Positions 26,811 to 36,637 of a stretch of 64,000 nucleotides of DNA are shown piece by piece. Every line of letters starts with the position of its first letter. The first letter of the stretch is position 1. Below the pieces are notes generated by a model. The model saw only the letters and a program-made list of their open reading frames with translations, was not told where the DNA came from and ran no database searches. A program made the translations under genes and the position numbers. Source of the DNA: Candidatus Marinacidobacterales bacterium (lineage in GTDB: Bacteria; Acidobacteriota; Vicinamibacteria; Marinacidobacterales; SMYC01); NCBI GenBank assembly GCA_965224085.1, contig CBDCYI010000011.1, positions 672,001 to 736,000 of the forward strand, written 5' to 3'.

Positions 26811-28418
26811 ATGACCGCAACGCGAGCTCTACTTTGGGTGATTGCCGTGCTCGTCTCGAGAGCGCTAGGAGCGCAAGATTTTCCGCCCGGCTATCTCGAC
26901 CCCGAGCCCGTGCTGCGCGCGGCTGAGCGGGCCATCGGTGCGGACCGACTCCATTGCGTCACGATCGGCGGCACGGCGCAGGTAGCGGTCGTCGGCCAGC
27001 AACGCCTGCACGGGTATGAAGTGGACTGGCCGGACGCTCAGCCGCTTCGGAACTATGTCCGCATGATGAATTGGGAAGACGGCACCATGAAAGAAGTGTT
27101 CGATCGCGAGCCTGGACAAAATCCGGCATCTTGGAAATACGGGCTCGGGTGGCGGGGGGGAGAGCCGCTGCAAGAGCACGAACGTCAGAACTTCATAGTC
27201 AAAGGCAGGCGCGGCTGGTATCAGGACGGCGTCGAGTCCGAGCCCGTGGCGGCGCGGCCCGAGGACGCGGAACGCTGGCAGCTCGACTTGTGGATCAACC
27301 CGCACGGATTTCTCAAAGCGGCGCGACTTCCTGGAGCGAACCCGAAAGCTGTCTGGCGTTGGGAGCTCGGCGAAATGGGGCGGGACGGCGCCACGACGAA
27401 GCCCGAGAGGGTGACGATTGTTTCGATCAACGCGCTCGGGAAATACCGCGTGGACGCGACCATCAACCAGGAAAACCTTCTGCAGCGGATTCACACATGG
27501 GTGCCTGACCCCGTTCTCGGTGACATGAACTACGAGCACGAGTTCACGAATGCCAGCTATGTCGACTTGGGAAACGGTATTCGCTTTCCGACAGGATGGC
27601 ACCATCACGAGGGCTGGGACGACAACTACCAAGCGCAGAGCGCAAACGCGGGTCACAACGCGTTCGGCGGCGCGCTCGACGACATCGAGCCCAACGTCTG
27701 TGGCGATCCCTTCGAGATACCGGAGTCAGTGCGTCTCGCCGCTTTCCCGACGCGTGTCGAAACGGAGGAGCTGGCCGACGGCGTGTGGCTTCTCGGCGGC
27801 GTGTCGCATAATAGTGTTGCCGTGGAGTTCGAGGAATACATCGTAGTGATCGAAGCGCCGCTCGACGAAGCGCGCAACTTGGCGGTGATCGAAGAGGTCG
27901 TGAGGCTCGCGCCGGACAAACCGATCCGCTTTGTCGTCAACACGCATCAGCATCACGACCATATCGGTGGCCTCCGCACCTATATGCATCTCGGCACGAC
28001 GATCATCACGCACTGGAAGAACTACGACTTCTACACGCGGGATGTGCTCACCTATGCTCCGCGAACATTGGCGCCCGACATGGTGTCGCTCTGGCCGCCG
28101 ACCGAGCTCGCCGAGGGCTACCAATACGAGACCGTCCGCGAGAACTACTGGATCGATGATGGAACGAGGTCGATGCACATCTCCTATGTCCATCCGCTCC
28201 GACATGTCGAAGGCATGTTGATCGCCTACCTGCCCGCGGAGAAGATCCTGATCGAGGCGGATCTCTACGACCCGCCCGCCGCAAACGCGAACGACGCGCA
28301 TCGAAGTTTTTACCGGCACGTCGAGCGGCTCGGCTTGGATGTCGAGACGATCATTCCCATTCATGGCCGTCCCGTTCCGTGGCGTGCATTTCTCGCGCTG
28401 GTGGAACGTTCCGAATAG
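26811..28418 (+). CDS. Exported MBL-fold metallo-hydrolase
   Basis: Signal peptide, NTHQHHDHIGG, LIEADLY and IIPIHG. Confidence 0.88.
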   Translation: MTATRALLWVIAVLVSRALGAQDFPPGYLDPEPVLRAAERAIGADRLHCVTIGGTAQVAVVGQQRLHGYEVDWPDAQPLRNYVRMMNWEDGTMKEVFDREPGQNPASWKYGLGWRGGEPLQEHERQNFIVKGRRGWYQDGVESEPVAARPEDAERWQLDLWINPHGFLKAARLPGANPKAVWRWELGEMGRDGATTKPERVTIVSINALGKYRVDATINQENLLQRIHTWVPDPVLGDMNYEHEFTNASYVDLGNGIRFPTGWHHHEGWDDNYQAQSANAGHNAFGGALDDIEPNVCGDPFEIPESVRLAAFPTRVETEELADGVWLLGGVSHNSVAVEFEEYIVVIEAPLDEARNLAVIEEVVRLAPDKPIRFVVNTHQHHDHIGGLRTYMHLGTTIITHWKNYDFYTRDVLTYAPRTLAPDMVSLWPPTELAEGYQYETVRENYWIDDGTRSMHISYVHPLRHVEGMLIAYLPAEKILIEADLYDPPAANANDAHRSFYRHVERLGLDVETIIPIHGRPVPWRAFLALVERSE

Positions 28419-28656
28419 ACGCTCCTGTGTTCAAGCTGCCCGGTGCGTACAAACGAACATCCTAGATGCGATGCCTGAAGCCGACCTCCACGTCTACGCT
28501 ATTATCAGTCGGGAGAAAGAGCGCCTGCTCCGAAATTTGGAGCGAGCGTTGTCGCGCCGACCATAATCTTGGGCCAGCGACTGGCCGGTCCGGCCGCTCC
28601 CGGAAGTCGCGACTCGGCAGGCTCATACTGTAACATTGAGCTGACGTGCTGCTCGC

Positions 28657-30057
28657 ATGACGAGACGACTTGCGATTTTCGGTGGAAGCTTCAATCCGCC
28701 TGGTCTGCACCACCGCGCCATCGCCGAAGAGCTCAGCCGCTACTTCGATGAGGTCGTCGTCGTTCCTTGCGGGCCGCGGCCCGACAAGCCTGCGACCAAC
28801 GAAGTCGACACCGTCGCGCGCGCGACCATGGTCGATGCTACGTTCCGGAAGCTCGCCGGCGTCCGTGTCGATCTCTTCGACCTCGAGCAAGCCACGTTCA
28901 CCCTCACCCACCGCCTCGACGAGATCTATCGCGGCGAGGGTGAGGTTTGGCACGTCGTCGGGACCGATTTGACCGAGCCAGGCGAGGACGGTCTTTCTTT
29001 CATTCAGCGAAGCTGGGTGAAGGGAGCGGAGATCTGGAGCTCGCTGCGCTTCGCGATTTTCGTGCGGCCAGGCTACGATGCTTCCAAGAGCGAGCTGCCG
29101 CCTCACCACGAGCTCTTCCCGATGCAGGGGACCGGCGCGAGCGCGACGATACGCGAGCGCGTCTTCAAGCACGAGCCGATCGCAGACCTTGTGACGGAAG
29201 AGGTCACGGCCTATATCGAACGATACGGACTCTACCGCGGCGCGGTGATGCGGCGTCGGGCACGGCTCGATCTCGAAACGCCACGCCCGTTCGTCGTGGT
29301 GGACGACCGCAACGCGCGCGCGACGGCTATTGCAGCGCGCTTCGAGCGGCGCTTTGGTGGCGTTGGGCTCGATGCCGCAAACCTCATCGTCGTGATTGGT
29401 GGCGACGGATCGATGCTGCACGCGATCCGGAAGCACTGGCGCAGCCGCTTTCCGTTTCTGGGAGTGAACGCGGGGCATCGGGGCTTTCGCTTGAATGGCG
29501 ATCCTGGGCTCGAGAACGGCGAAATCCCGATTGCCAATCTCACGATTCAGCATTCTCCGCTTCTCTACGTCGAAACCTGCTCGGTGGTGGGCGAGAGGAG
29601 GACCGCGCTCGCGTTCAACGACGCGTGGGTCGAGCGAGCTTCCGGCCAGACGGCTTGGCTGGAAGTGAAGGTCAACGACGACGAGCGCCTGCCGCGACTC
29701 ATCGGCGACGGCGCCCTCGTATCGACGGCGGCGGGCTCCACGGCTTATGCACGGGCGATGGGTGCGACGCCGCTTCTCGTGGATACACCGGCGCTCGTGC
29801 TCGTCGGCTCGAACGTGATGGAGCCCCCCGGTTTCAAGTCGGCGCTCTTATCGTTGGATGCTCGCGTGAGCCTCCGCACGCTCGAAGCGTCCAAGCGGCC
29901 GGTCGCCGCTTTCGCCGATGGCGTGCCTCTCGGAGAGGTCGTTTCTTTCGAAGCGAGAGTGAGTCGGATCGCCGCTGTCGAGCTCGTGTTCACGCCCGGC
30001 CATGACATGGCCGAGAAAATCGCGCAGATCCAGTTCCCTGGCTTGAGTGGACAGTAA
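28657..30057 (+). CDS. NadD-like nucleotidyltransferase fused to NAD(+) kinase
   Basis: N-half: AIFGGSFNPP, HVVGTD, SATIRERV and VTAYIERYGLY. C-half: GGDGSML, FNDAWV and GDGALVSTAAGSTAYA. Confidence 0.85.
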   Translation: MTRRLAIFGGSFNPPGLHHRAIAEELSRYFDEVVVVPCGPRPDKPATNEVDTVARATMVDATFRKLAGVRVDLFDLEQATFTLTHRLDEIYRGEGEVWHVVGTDLTEPGEDGLSFIQRSWVKGAEIWSSLRFAIFVRPGYDASKSELPPHHELFPMQGTGASATIRERVFKHEPIADLVTEEVTAYIERYGLYRGAVMRRRARLDLETPRPFVVVDDRNARATAIAARFERRFGGVGLDAANLIVVIGGDGSMLHAIRKHWRSRFPFLGVNAGHRGFRLNGDPGLENGEIPIANLTIQHSPLLYVETCSVVGERRTALAFNDAWVERASGQTAWLEVKVNDDERLPRLIGDGALVSTAAGSTAYARAMGATPLLVDTPALVLVGSNVMEPPGFKSALLSLDARVSLRTLEASKRPVAAFADGVPLGEVVSFEARVSRIAAVELVFTPGHDMAEKIAQIQFPGLSGQ

Positions 30058-30105
30058 CTCGAAAGCGGAAGAAAAAGGGGGACAGGTACATTTTTCCTTC
30101 ATTCC

Positions 30106-31686
30106 TCAGTTGACGCCCCCGACCCAGAGGACGGTCGTGCCTGCCTCGAACGATCCGCGGCTCTCTTCGTGTCCCGTCGGCCACGTCACGCGAATTTCTT
30201 CGACGCGGGCTTCGTCTCCGAGGCCAACATGCACCACGTGCTCGCTTTGCGAGAGATAGCTCGTGGCCGCGGCTGACTCGAACCGCCGAGACCCAGCTTC
30301 GATCACCGCACCGGTGCCATCGCGATTCGCCTGTCGGCCGACGAGGTGTACGCGTAGCGAGCCTCCGCCTTCGGTGTCGTTTCGCAGAATCTCCGGGGCC
30401 GCTCCCGAGCTCGAAATGGCTACATCGAGATCGCGGTCGCCGTCCCAGTCCGCGACAGCAAGGCCTCGGCTCACGCGTGGGGCGCCCAGGTCGGTGGCCG
30501 AGAAAATGCCTCCGCCGTCGTTGTGGTAGACCTGATTCGTTTGAGCGTAGTCGCTGCCGTGGAGTACTTCCGCGTTGTCGAGCACGTGGCCGTTGGCGAC
30601 GATGAGGTCGTCCAGTCCGTCATTGTCGAGGTCTGCGAACACGGTGCCGAATCCTAGCCGGTGCAAGGATGGCCGGCCGACGCCGGCGCGCATCGCGATG
30701 TCGGTAAAGAATCCGTTCGCCTCGTTTCGATAGAGGGTGTTCGATTCACCTTCGAAGTTCGTGACGAAGAGATCCAAATCGCCGTCGCGATCGTAGTCGC
30801 TTCGATCGACACCCATGCCGGCGAGCGCGTTACCGTCGGCATCGTAGGAGACACCAGTAATAAGCCCGATCTCCTCGAACGCGAGGTCGCCACGATTCCG
30901 GAAGAAGAAATTGGGCATCGTATCGTTCGCAACATAGAGGTCGAGGAGCCCGTCGTGGTCGTAGTCGAGGCTCACCACCCCGAGGCCTTTACCGCTCGGA
31001 AGGGCGATCCCGGCTGGACTTCCCGCCGATTCAAAAGTGCCGTCGCCCCGGTTGCGGTAGATCTCGTCAGGTACGCCGCCAAACGCGTCCGGCAGGCAAT
31101 AGGCGCGAATTACGGTCCCGTCTCGCGTCTGGCTGCAGTTCGGGTTGTTCGTGAGGCTGAAGTCCACATAGTTCGTCACGTAGAGATCGAGATGGCCGTC
31201 GTTGTCGAGATCGGCCCAGGTCGCGCTCGCGCTCCACTGGGCGTTCCCTACGCCGGCCTCGGTGGTGACGTCGCTGAACGTGCCGTCGCCGTTGTTGCGA
31301 AACAAAACGTTGGGTCCGTAATGCGTCACGTAGAGATCGGCGTCGCCGTCGTTGTCATAGTCGCCGGCGGTCGCTCCCATCCCGTATCCAAGGTGCTCGA
31401 CGCCAGCCGTTAGCGACACGTCGGTGAAACTCCCTTGCCCGTCGTTACGATAAAGTGTCGCAGCGGAAATCGACAAGGCCCGCCCTCCGGTCGGATCGCC
31501 TCCATTGATGAAGAGCAGGTCGGGATTGCCGTCCGCGTCGTAATCGAAGAACACGACGCCCGCCCCCATCGTCTCCGTCATGTACTTCTCACCCGTGGCA
31601 CCGGTCTCATGGCGAAATTCGACGCCGCTTTCGCTCGTCACGTCGACGAGTCGGATTGCAGCCGCGAGGATGGCGGTTGCGATCAT
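30106..31686 (-). CDS. CRTAC1 family protein (FG-GAP repeats + ASPIC/UnbV)
   Basis: Repeated DYD.DG..DLYV motifs, LYRNDG.GSFTDV and C-terminal SYLSQS..VHVGLG. Confidence 0.92.
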   Translation of the reverse strand: MIATAILAAAIRLVDVTSESGVEFRHETGATGEKYMTETMGAGVVFFDYDADGNPDLLFINGGDPTGGRALSISAATLYRNDGQGSFTDVSLTAGVEHLGYGMGATAGDYDNDGDADLYVTHYGPNVLFRNNGDGTFSDVTTEAGVGNAQWSASATWADLDNDGHLDLYVTNYVDFSLTNNPNCSQTRDGTVIRAYCLPDAFGGVPDEIYRNRGDGTFESAGSPAGIALPSGKGLGVVSLDYDHDGLLDLYVANDTMPNFFFRNRGDLAFEEIGLITGVSYDADGNALAGMGVDRSDYDRDGDLDLFVTNFEGESNTLYRNEANGFFTDIAMRAGVGRPSLHRLGFGTVFADLDNDGLDDLIVANGHVLDNAEVLHGSDYAQTNQVYHNDGGGIFSATDLGAPRVSRGLAVADWDGDRDLDVAISSSGAAPEILRNDTEGGGSLRVHLVGRQANRDGTGAVIEAGSRRFESAAATSYLSQSEHVVHVGLGDEARVEEIRVTWPTGHEESRGSFEAGTTVLWVGGVN

Positions 31687-31771
31687 TTCTCGAGCTCGCG
31701 CGCGGCTTCGTCCTCGCTGAGCCGTCCACCTCGTCCGAGGGAGCCGTTCGCTCGGTTGAGCATTTTCTTCG

Positions 31772-32611
31772 TCAACCCGCGCGATTGATCGCGTAGCTGG
31801 TGCGCTTCGAGAAGGGGAGGAAGAGCATGCTGGGTAAACGGTTGCAGAGCGACGGGTCGCGGAGGCCGCGAAGGCCGATCGTCATGGCTTCGTGGCCTGC
31901 TCTTGGCTGCGCGCGGTAGGTGGCGAAGAGTCGATCCCACCACGGGAGGCTGAAGCCAAAATTCGTATTGGCCTCGTCGACTTCGACCGAGTGATGCACG
32001 CGATGCATGTCCGGCGTCACGACCAGCCAGCGAAGCCACCGGTCCACGTTCACCGGAAGTCGAAGGTTACTGTGGTTGAATATCGCGGTGGCGCTCAGAA
32101 GCACTTCGAAGGCGACGACGGCGGCGGCCGAAGCGCCGAGAAGCGCCACGACCGCGAGCTTGGTGATCATGGAGAGTACCATCTCGATCGGATGAAAGCG
32201 CGCGCCGGTCGTGACGTCGAAATCGAGATCGGCGTGGTGTACTTGGTGGAGTCTCCACAAAAGCGGCACGGCGTGGAACAAGATGTGCTGAAAGTAGATC
32301 GCGAGGTCCATCGCCACGACCGCGATCGCGAAGAGCGCCCAAGTGGGAAGGCCGCTCGCGGGAAGAAGGCCGAATCCCGAGGCTTCCGCGAGTGCCGCGG
32401 TACCTAGCGCCGCGGTCGGGAAAAGAAGCCTCAGCACGATCGTGTTCGACGCTACGAGCGCGAGATTGCTGGCCCAACGTCCGGTTTTCGCGACGGTCAG
32501 CTTGCGTCGCGGGATAACGATTTCAGCGAGCGCTATCAGGGCGAAGACGAAAAAGAAAACGCCGAGTCGAATCGGCATCTCGTGATCGCGGGCCCACTCA
32601 TCGAGCGGCAT
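31772..32611 (-). CDS. Sterol desaturase / fatty acid hydroxylase family protein
   Basis: His boxes HILFH, HQVHH, FNHSN and HRVHH. Confidence 0.9.
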   Translation of the reverse strand: MPLDEWARDHEMPIRLGVFFFVFALIALAEIVIPRRKLTVAKTGRWASNLALVASNTIVLRLLFPTAALGTAALAEASGFGLLPASGLPTWALFAIAVVAMDLAIYFQHILFHAVPLLWRLHQVHHADLDFDVTTGARFHPIEMVLSMITKLAVVALLGASAAAVVAFEVLLSATAIFNHSNLRLPVNVDRWLRWLVVTPDMHRVHHSVEVDEANTNFGFSLPWWDRLFATYRAQPRAGHEAMTIGLRGLRDPSLCNRLPSMLFLPFSKRTSYAINRAG

Positions 32612-32666
32612 CAATGTCGATCTCTCGCGAAGCGCTGTCGCGCCGCGGTTCGTCGGACTAGACTAG

Positions 32667-34348
32667 TTCCTGTCCAGAAACACCATAACTTGTGGTGTAC
32701 GAGAGGCCTATCGAAGATGTGGGTATTATACGTTTTCAGTCGGCACCTCGTAGGCTCGGAAGCGAATGAAAATCTTGGACGAAACGAGAGGCGAATCGTC
32801 AGCAATCCATGGCTATAAACGCAGTAAGAGCAATCATTATTATCGTAATAGGTGCCTTGCCATTACCAACAGGTTGCAGGTGATGATGGAACTCCATACG
32901 TAGGATTTGAAAGAAGGCAATGAGCGCCATGTGCATCGGTCGAGACCAAAGACTCGTTTCAAGAACGAAATGACGCCTTCGATTCCGCAGCGAAATCGCC
33001 GTAGGCGTTGATAGACCCAGGAACTCTTGACCATATCGGTCACCGCGAAGTGAGCCTTGGTAAAGGCAACATCTTCAACTCCCTTGCCTTTGATGGCTTC
33101 CAAGTTTGCCTTTGAAGAAAACGCGCCATCGTAGGCAACCTGGCGCGGGGCCCGTTCGTAGAGTTCGACTTGACGGTCGATCATGGTTTCCGCGAGAGTT
33201 GAATCGGACGGATTCCCATCCAAGATCACGCAATCCAAAATCATCGAGGACGAGCCACCAGTCAAACACACCTTGTGACCGTAGAGAGTCTCGCGCCGGT
33301 CTTTGCGAATAATGTCGGTGTGTTCTTCGAAGATCGAAACGACCTTTTCCTCCGCAGGCACACGCTCTTCATCAATCACTCTACGCCGAGTTTGGTTGAT
33401 GACTTTTTCGGTGAGGACGAGAAAGTGCTTAAAATCCGCGGCGATCTTCTCCGCACTCGCTCGCTTCACCGGCTCGGTCAAGCCGGACTCGTCCAACTGG
33501 TCTGCAACGCGTTGAGCGGAGCGATAGGTTTCTTCCGACACCTTCAGTAGATCTCGATAGACGCGACGCCTTTGTTCCTTATCCTTCGCGTTTAGAACTC
33601 CCAGTCGACGTCTCTTCGCTTGACGCGTTCGATTGCCGAAGACCACTACTGTACCCAGCAGTTCGCGAGTTCGGCACATGAGGCGAGTGAGAACTCGGAC
33701 GCAGTCATAAAGAAGCTCGGAGTCCGTAGGAGAATGAATATTCGACTCCACTACCGTGCAGTCCACTCGTACTTTTCTTCCTTTTTCGATCGCGGTCTTC
33801 TCGGCAACACTCACCAACTCTCGGTTGATTTTCTCCAGCGTTTCGAACTTCACGGCTTTGATGTTTGCTGCTAGGGTCGACTTCGACGGGCTCGGCTCTA
33901 TGATGCCGAGCTGGCAAAACGTCCGATAGCTTCGAGAGTCTGCCAAGTGAAACGCCAGCTCCCGATAGGTGAACTGATTCAGCTGCTTGACCAACAACGC
34001 CCGGAGAACCTGCTCCGCGCTCATTCCCCCACGACCAACATCGCTCCCTGCCGATGGGGTGACCGACCTCAGGTCTTGCAGTACCAGCTCATTCAGCTTA
34101 GGATGGGCATCGAGCAGCGATGATATCGTTTCGAGCTCGCGTGCGTGCTCCAGCTCCAGCCAGGGCTCGCGAAGGCTTGGTTGTGGGTTGATCGTTTTTC
34201 GCATTTAGGGCTGGTCTCCTTTGGAGTTAAGTCGTTTAGAATCTGCGTTTTTGTCGACTCGATACTAAACGACACTCCCTCAGAAGGCTAGCCCTAAATT
34301 TGCGATTACCCCTTTTTTCTCAACCTCTTACACCTGTCAGGACGGGTA
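32667..34348 (-). mobile_element. ISNCY-family insertion sequence
   Basis: Imperfect IRs TTCCTGTCCAGA and TACCCGTCCTGA (reverse complement). Flanked by direct repeat CTAGACTAG at 32658-32666 and 34349-34357. Confidence 0.8.
32840..34204 (-). CDS. ISNCY family transposase
   Basis: RVDCTVVESNIHSPTDS.LL, SIFEEHTDII.K.RRETLYGHK, AYDGAF and FRCGIEG.IS.LKR.FGL. Confidence 0.88.
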   Translation of the reverse strand: MRKTINPQPSLREPWLELEHARELETISSLLDAHPKLNELVLQDLRSVTPSAGSDVGRGGMSAEQVLRALLVKQLNQFTYRELAFHLADSRSYRTFCQLGIIEPSPSKSTLAANIKAVKFETLEKINRELVSVAEKTAIEKGRKVRVDCTVVESNIHSPTDSELLYDCVRVLTRLMCRTRELLGTVVVFGNRTRQAKRRRLGVLNAKDKEQRRRVYRDLLKVSEETYRSAQRVADQLDESGLTEPVKRASAEKIAADFKHFLVLTEKVINQTRRRVIDEERVPAEEKVVSIFEEHTDIIRKDRRETLYGHKVCLTGGSSSMILDCVILDGNPSDSTLAETMIDRQVELYERAPRQVAYDGAFSSKANLEAIKGKGVEDVAFTKAHFAVTDMVKSSWVYQRLRRFRCGIEGVISFLKRVFGLDRCTWRSLPSFKSYVWSSIITCNLLVMARHLLR

Positions 34349-34420
34349 CTAGACTAGTTGCGAATCGGTGCTCGCTGCGGAATAGTTTCCGAGGCCCACC
34401 GTCTTCGTTACTGTTTCGGG

Positions 34421-34933
34421 TTACTCTTCCGGGTATCGCTCGAAAAGCGTCGTCACGGCCGCGTTAATCTGCTTTTCCGCTTTGTCCGGTGTTTCGAGAG
34501 GGTAGGTCCGCTTCGCGTGCCACACGAGAAAGTTCGATTCGGCTTCGACGAGCTCGATACTGAAATTCGCGAGCTTCTCGCGGTTGAAATCGATCTGCAC
34601 CGAGGAGTTGGCGTCGTCCCAAACGGAACGCTGTTGGGAGGCGCGGCCTTGGACGCGTTCAACGAGCTCCACGCGGTACTGGATGCGCACATCCGGCCGC
34701 ACGGTGTCGGGTCGATAGCCCAGCTCTTTCAACGACTTCTGAACGGCGTTTACGATTCGCAAGTGGTTGGCCATGTTCTCGAGCGGCACCTGCTTCTTGT
34801 TCCAGGCATAGGTCTTGTAGTTCGAGAGGTCGGTAAGGTCTAGCTCGTCGAGATTAGGAAGTTGTGGTAGCTCCGGTTTCTGGGCCGTCTGGACGAACAA
34901 CGTAGCCGCGAGTGCGAGAACGGGACCGATCAT
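34421..34933 (-). CDS. DUF4136-like exported protein
   Basis: GGAGGA RBS, signal peptide, DLSNYKTYAW and LVW...INAAV..LFERYP. Confidence 0.7.
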   Translation of the reverse strand: MIGPVLALAATLFVQTAQKPELPQLPNLDELDLTDLSNYKTYAWNKKQVPLENMANHLRIVNAVQKSLKELGYRPDTVRPDVRIQYRVELVERVQGRASQQRSVWDDANSSVQIDFNREKLANFSIELVEAESNFLVWHAKRTYPLETPDKAEKQINAAVTTLFERYPEE

Positions 34934-35103
34934 CAATTCCTCCAGCACACAGTTTCTCTAATAAGGTGAATCGTTGTCAACTGTACGGACGGCTCGATTG
35001 TATGCATCTAATGAATTGTGTCCATGTGACTGAAAACAAGCCTATTAGAAGATCTATGCTATATACCCTTGAGAGGTACTGGAGCTAATGTTACGGTGCA
35101 ACC

Positions 35104-36486
35104 ATGACAATGTGGCGACCTTCCTTGACGGATTCCGAAACGCCTCTCTATCTTTCGATCGCGAACGCGCTCGCGGAGGACATCACCAGCGGGCTGTTAC
35201 AGGAAGGCGTGCGGCTCCCCCCGCAAAGGGAGCTTGCTGACGAGCTCCACGTGGCGTTGACGACGGTCACCCGCGCGTATACCGAAGCCGAAAGGCGTGG
35301 TCTCGTGAGCGGCGAGGTCGGGCGCGGAACGTTCGTGCGCCAGCAGGAGACTTTTCATCTGCGGCGAACGGAGCCTGAGCCCACCGCCATCGACTTGACG
35401 ACCAACAGCTTGCTGCCTTATCCGAAAGGCAAAGCGCTCGCCGAGAGCATGGCGCGGGTTCTGGCGAAGGGCGACCCGTGGGCGGCGCTCGACTATCAAC
35501 CTCATTACGGCACATGCCGTCAGCGCGAAGCCGGCGCGCGGCTTCTCGAGCGCGTCGGGCTCGATGCTGCCGCGGAGTGCGTGGTCGTGACGAGCGGCGC
35601 CCAGCATGCTATGGCGATGGTGTTCTCGGCTTTGACGAATCCCGGCGACACGGTGCTCACGGGCGAGCTCACCTATAGCGGGATGAAATCGCTCGCGAAT
35701 TTCCTGCACATCCGGCTGCGAGGTCTCGCGATGGACGAAGAAGGCATCCGCGCCGACGCGCTCGAAGCGGCTTGCGCGACGACGGACGCGAAGGCGCTCT
35801 ATTGCATGCCGACGCTCCAGAACCCTACCGCCGCGGTGATGTCGGAGCGGCGCCGCCAGGAGATTGCCGCGGTCGCAGAGTCCTATGGCCTCGCTGTCGT
35901 CGAGGATGACAGCTACGGGTTTCTTCTGCCCGAGGTCAAAGCTCTCGGCGCCTATGCAATAACGAAGAAGAACTTCTTCTACCTCACCGGCACATCGAAG
36001 AGCCTCGCGCCCGGCCTTCGCATCGGGTTTCTTCTGTCGCCGGGAGAGATGGTCGATCGGCTCGCCGCGGCGATTTCGGCGACGACGTTCATCGCCTCTC
36101 CGGTAACAGCGGAGGTCGTCACAGCATGGATCGAGGACGGGACGGCCGATCAAGTGATGGAGTGGAAGCGCGGCGAGGTGCGCCATCGCCAGAAGCTCGC
36201 AAAAAAGCTCTTCAAGAATGTCGACTACCGCGCGCATGCGGCGAGCCCTCATGGGGGGCTCACGCTCCCCGAGCCCTGGTGCGTACGTGACTTCGTATCC
36301 CAGGCGCGAATGCGCGGTGTCATCATCTCGCCAGCGGAAGACTTCGTCGCGGCCCGCTCGACCAATGCGCATGCCGTACGCCTTTGCCTCGGACCAGTGC
36401 GCCAAGCCGGCCGGCTGGAACGGGCTCTCGAGACGCTCGTCGAGATTCTCGAAAGCCCGCCCGAGCCGTGCCGCGCGATGATATAG
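35104..36486 (+). CDS. MocR/GabR-type GntR regulator with PLP-dependent aminotransferase domain
   Basis: RLPPQRELADEL.V...TVTRAY.EAERRGL..GEVGRGTFV, PTLQNPT, EDDSY and SKSLAPGLRIG. Confidence 0.93.
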   Translation: MTMWRPSLTDSETPLYLSIANALAEDITSGLLQEGVRLPPQRELADELHVALTTVTRAYTEAERRGLVSGEVGRGTFVRQQETFHLRRTEPEPTAIDLTTNSLLPYPKGKALAESMARVLAKGDPWAALDYQPHYGTCRQREAGARLLERVGLDAAAECVVVTSGAQHAMAMVFSALTNPGDTVLTGELTYSGMKSLANFLHIRLRGLAMDEEGIRADALEAACATTDAKALYCMPTLQNPTAAVMSERRRQEIAAVAESYGLAVVEDDSYGFLLPEVKALGAYAITKKNFFYLTGTSKSLAPGLRIGFLLSPGEMVDRLAAAISATTFIASPVTAEVVTAWIEDGTADQVMEWKRGEVRHRQKLAKKLFKNVDYRAHAASPHGGLTLPEPWCVRDFVSQARMRGVIISPAEDFVAARSTNAHAVRLCLGPVRQAGRLERALETLVEILESPPEPCRAMI

Positions 36487-36637
36487 AACTACGAATAGAC
36501 GCTCGAAAGGATCAATATTACGAAAAAAACTACTATTGATCTCTTGTAGGCCTCCAATTTCGTGCCCTCGAATTCTATCTTGCTGTTCTCCAGCTTCTAG
36601 GCTAGTGTTCCGCATCGATCCTCGAGAGGAGAGAGCG

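Noticed and set aside
34970-35110. MocR operator (ATTGT/ACAAT-like repeats) upstream of the regulator
   Set aside because: The motifs are short and degenerate and cannot be distinguished from chance without comparative data.
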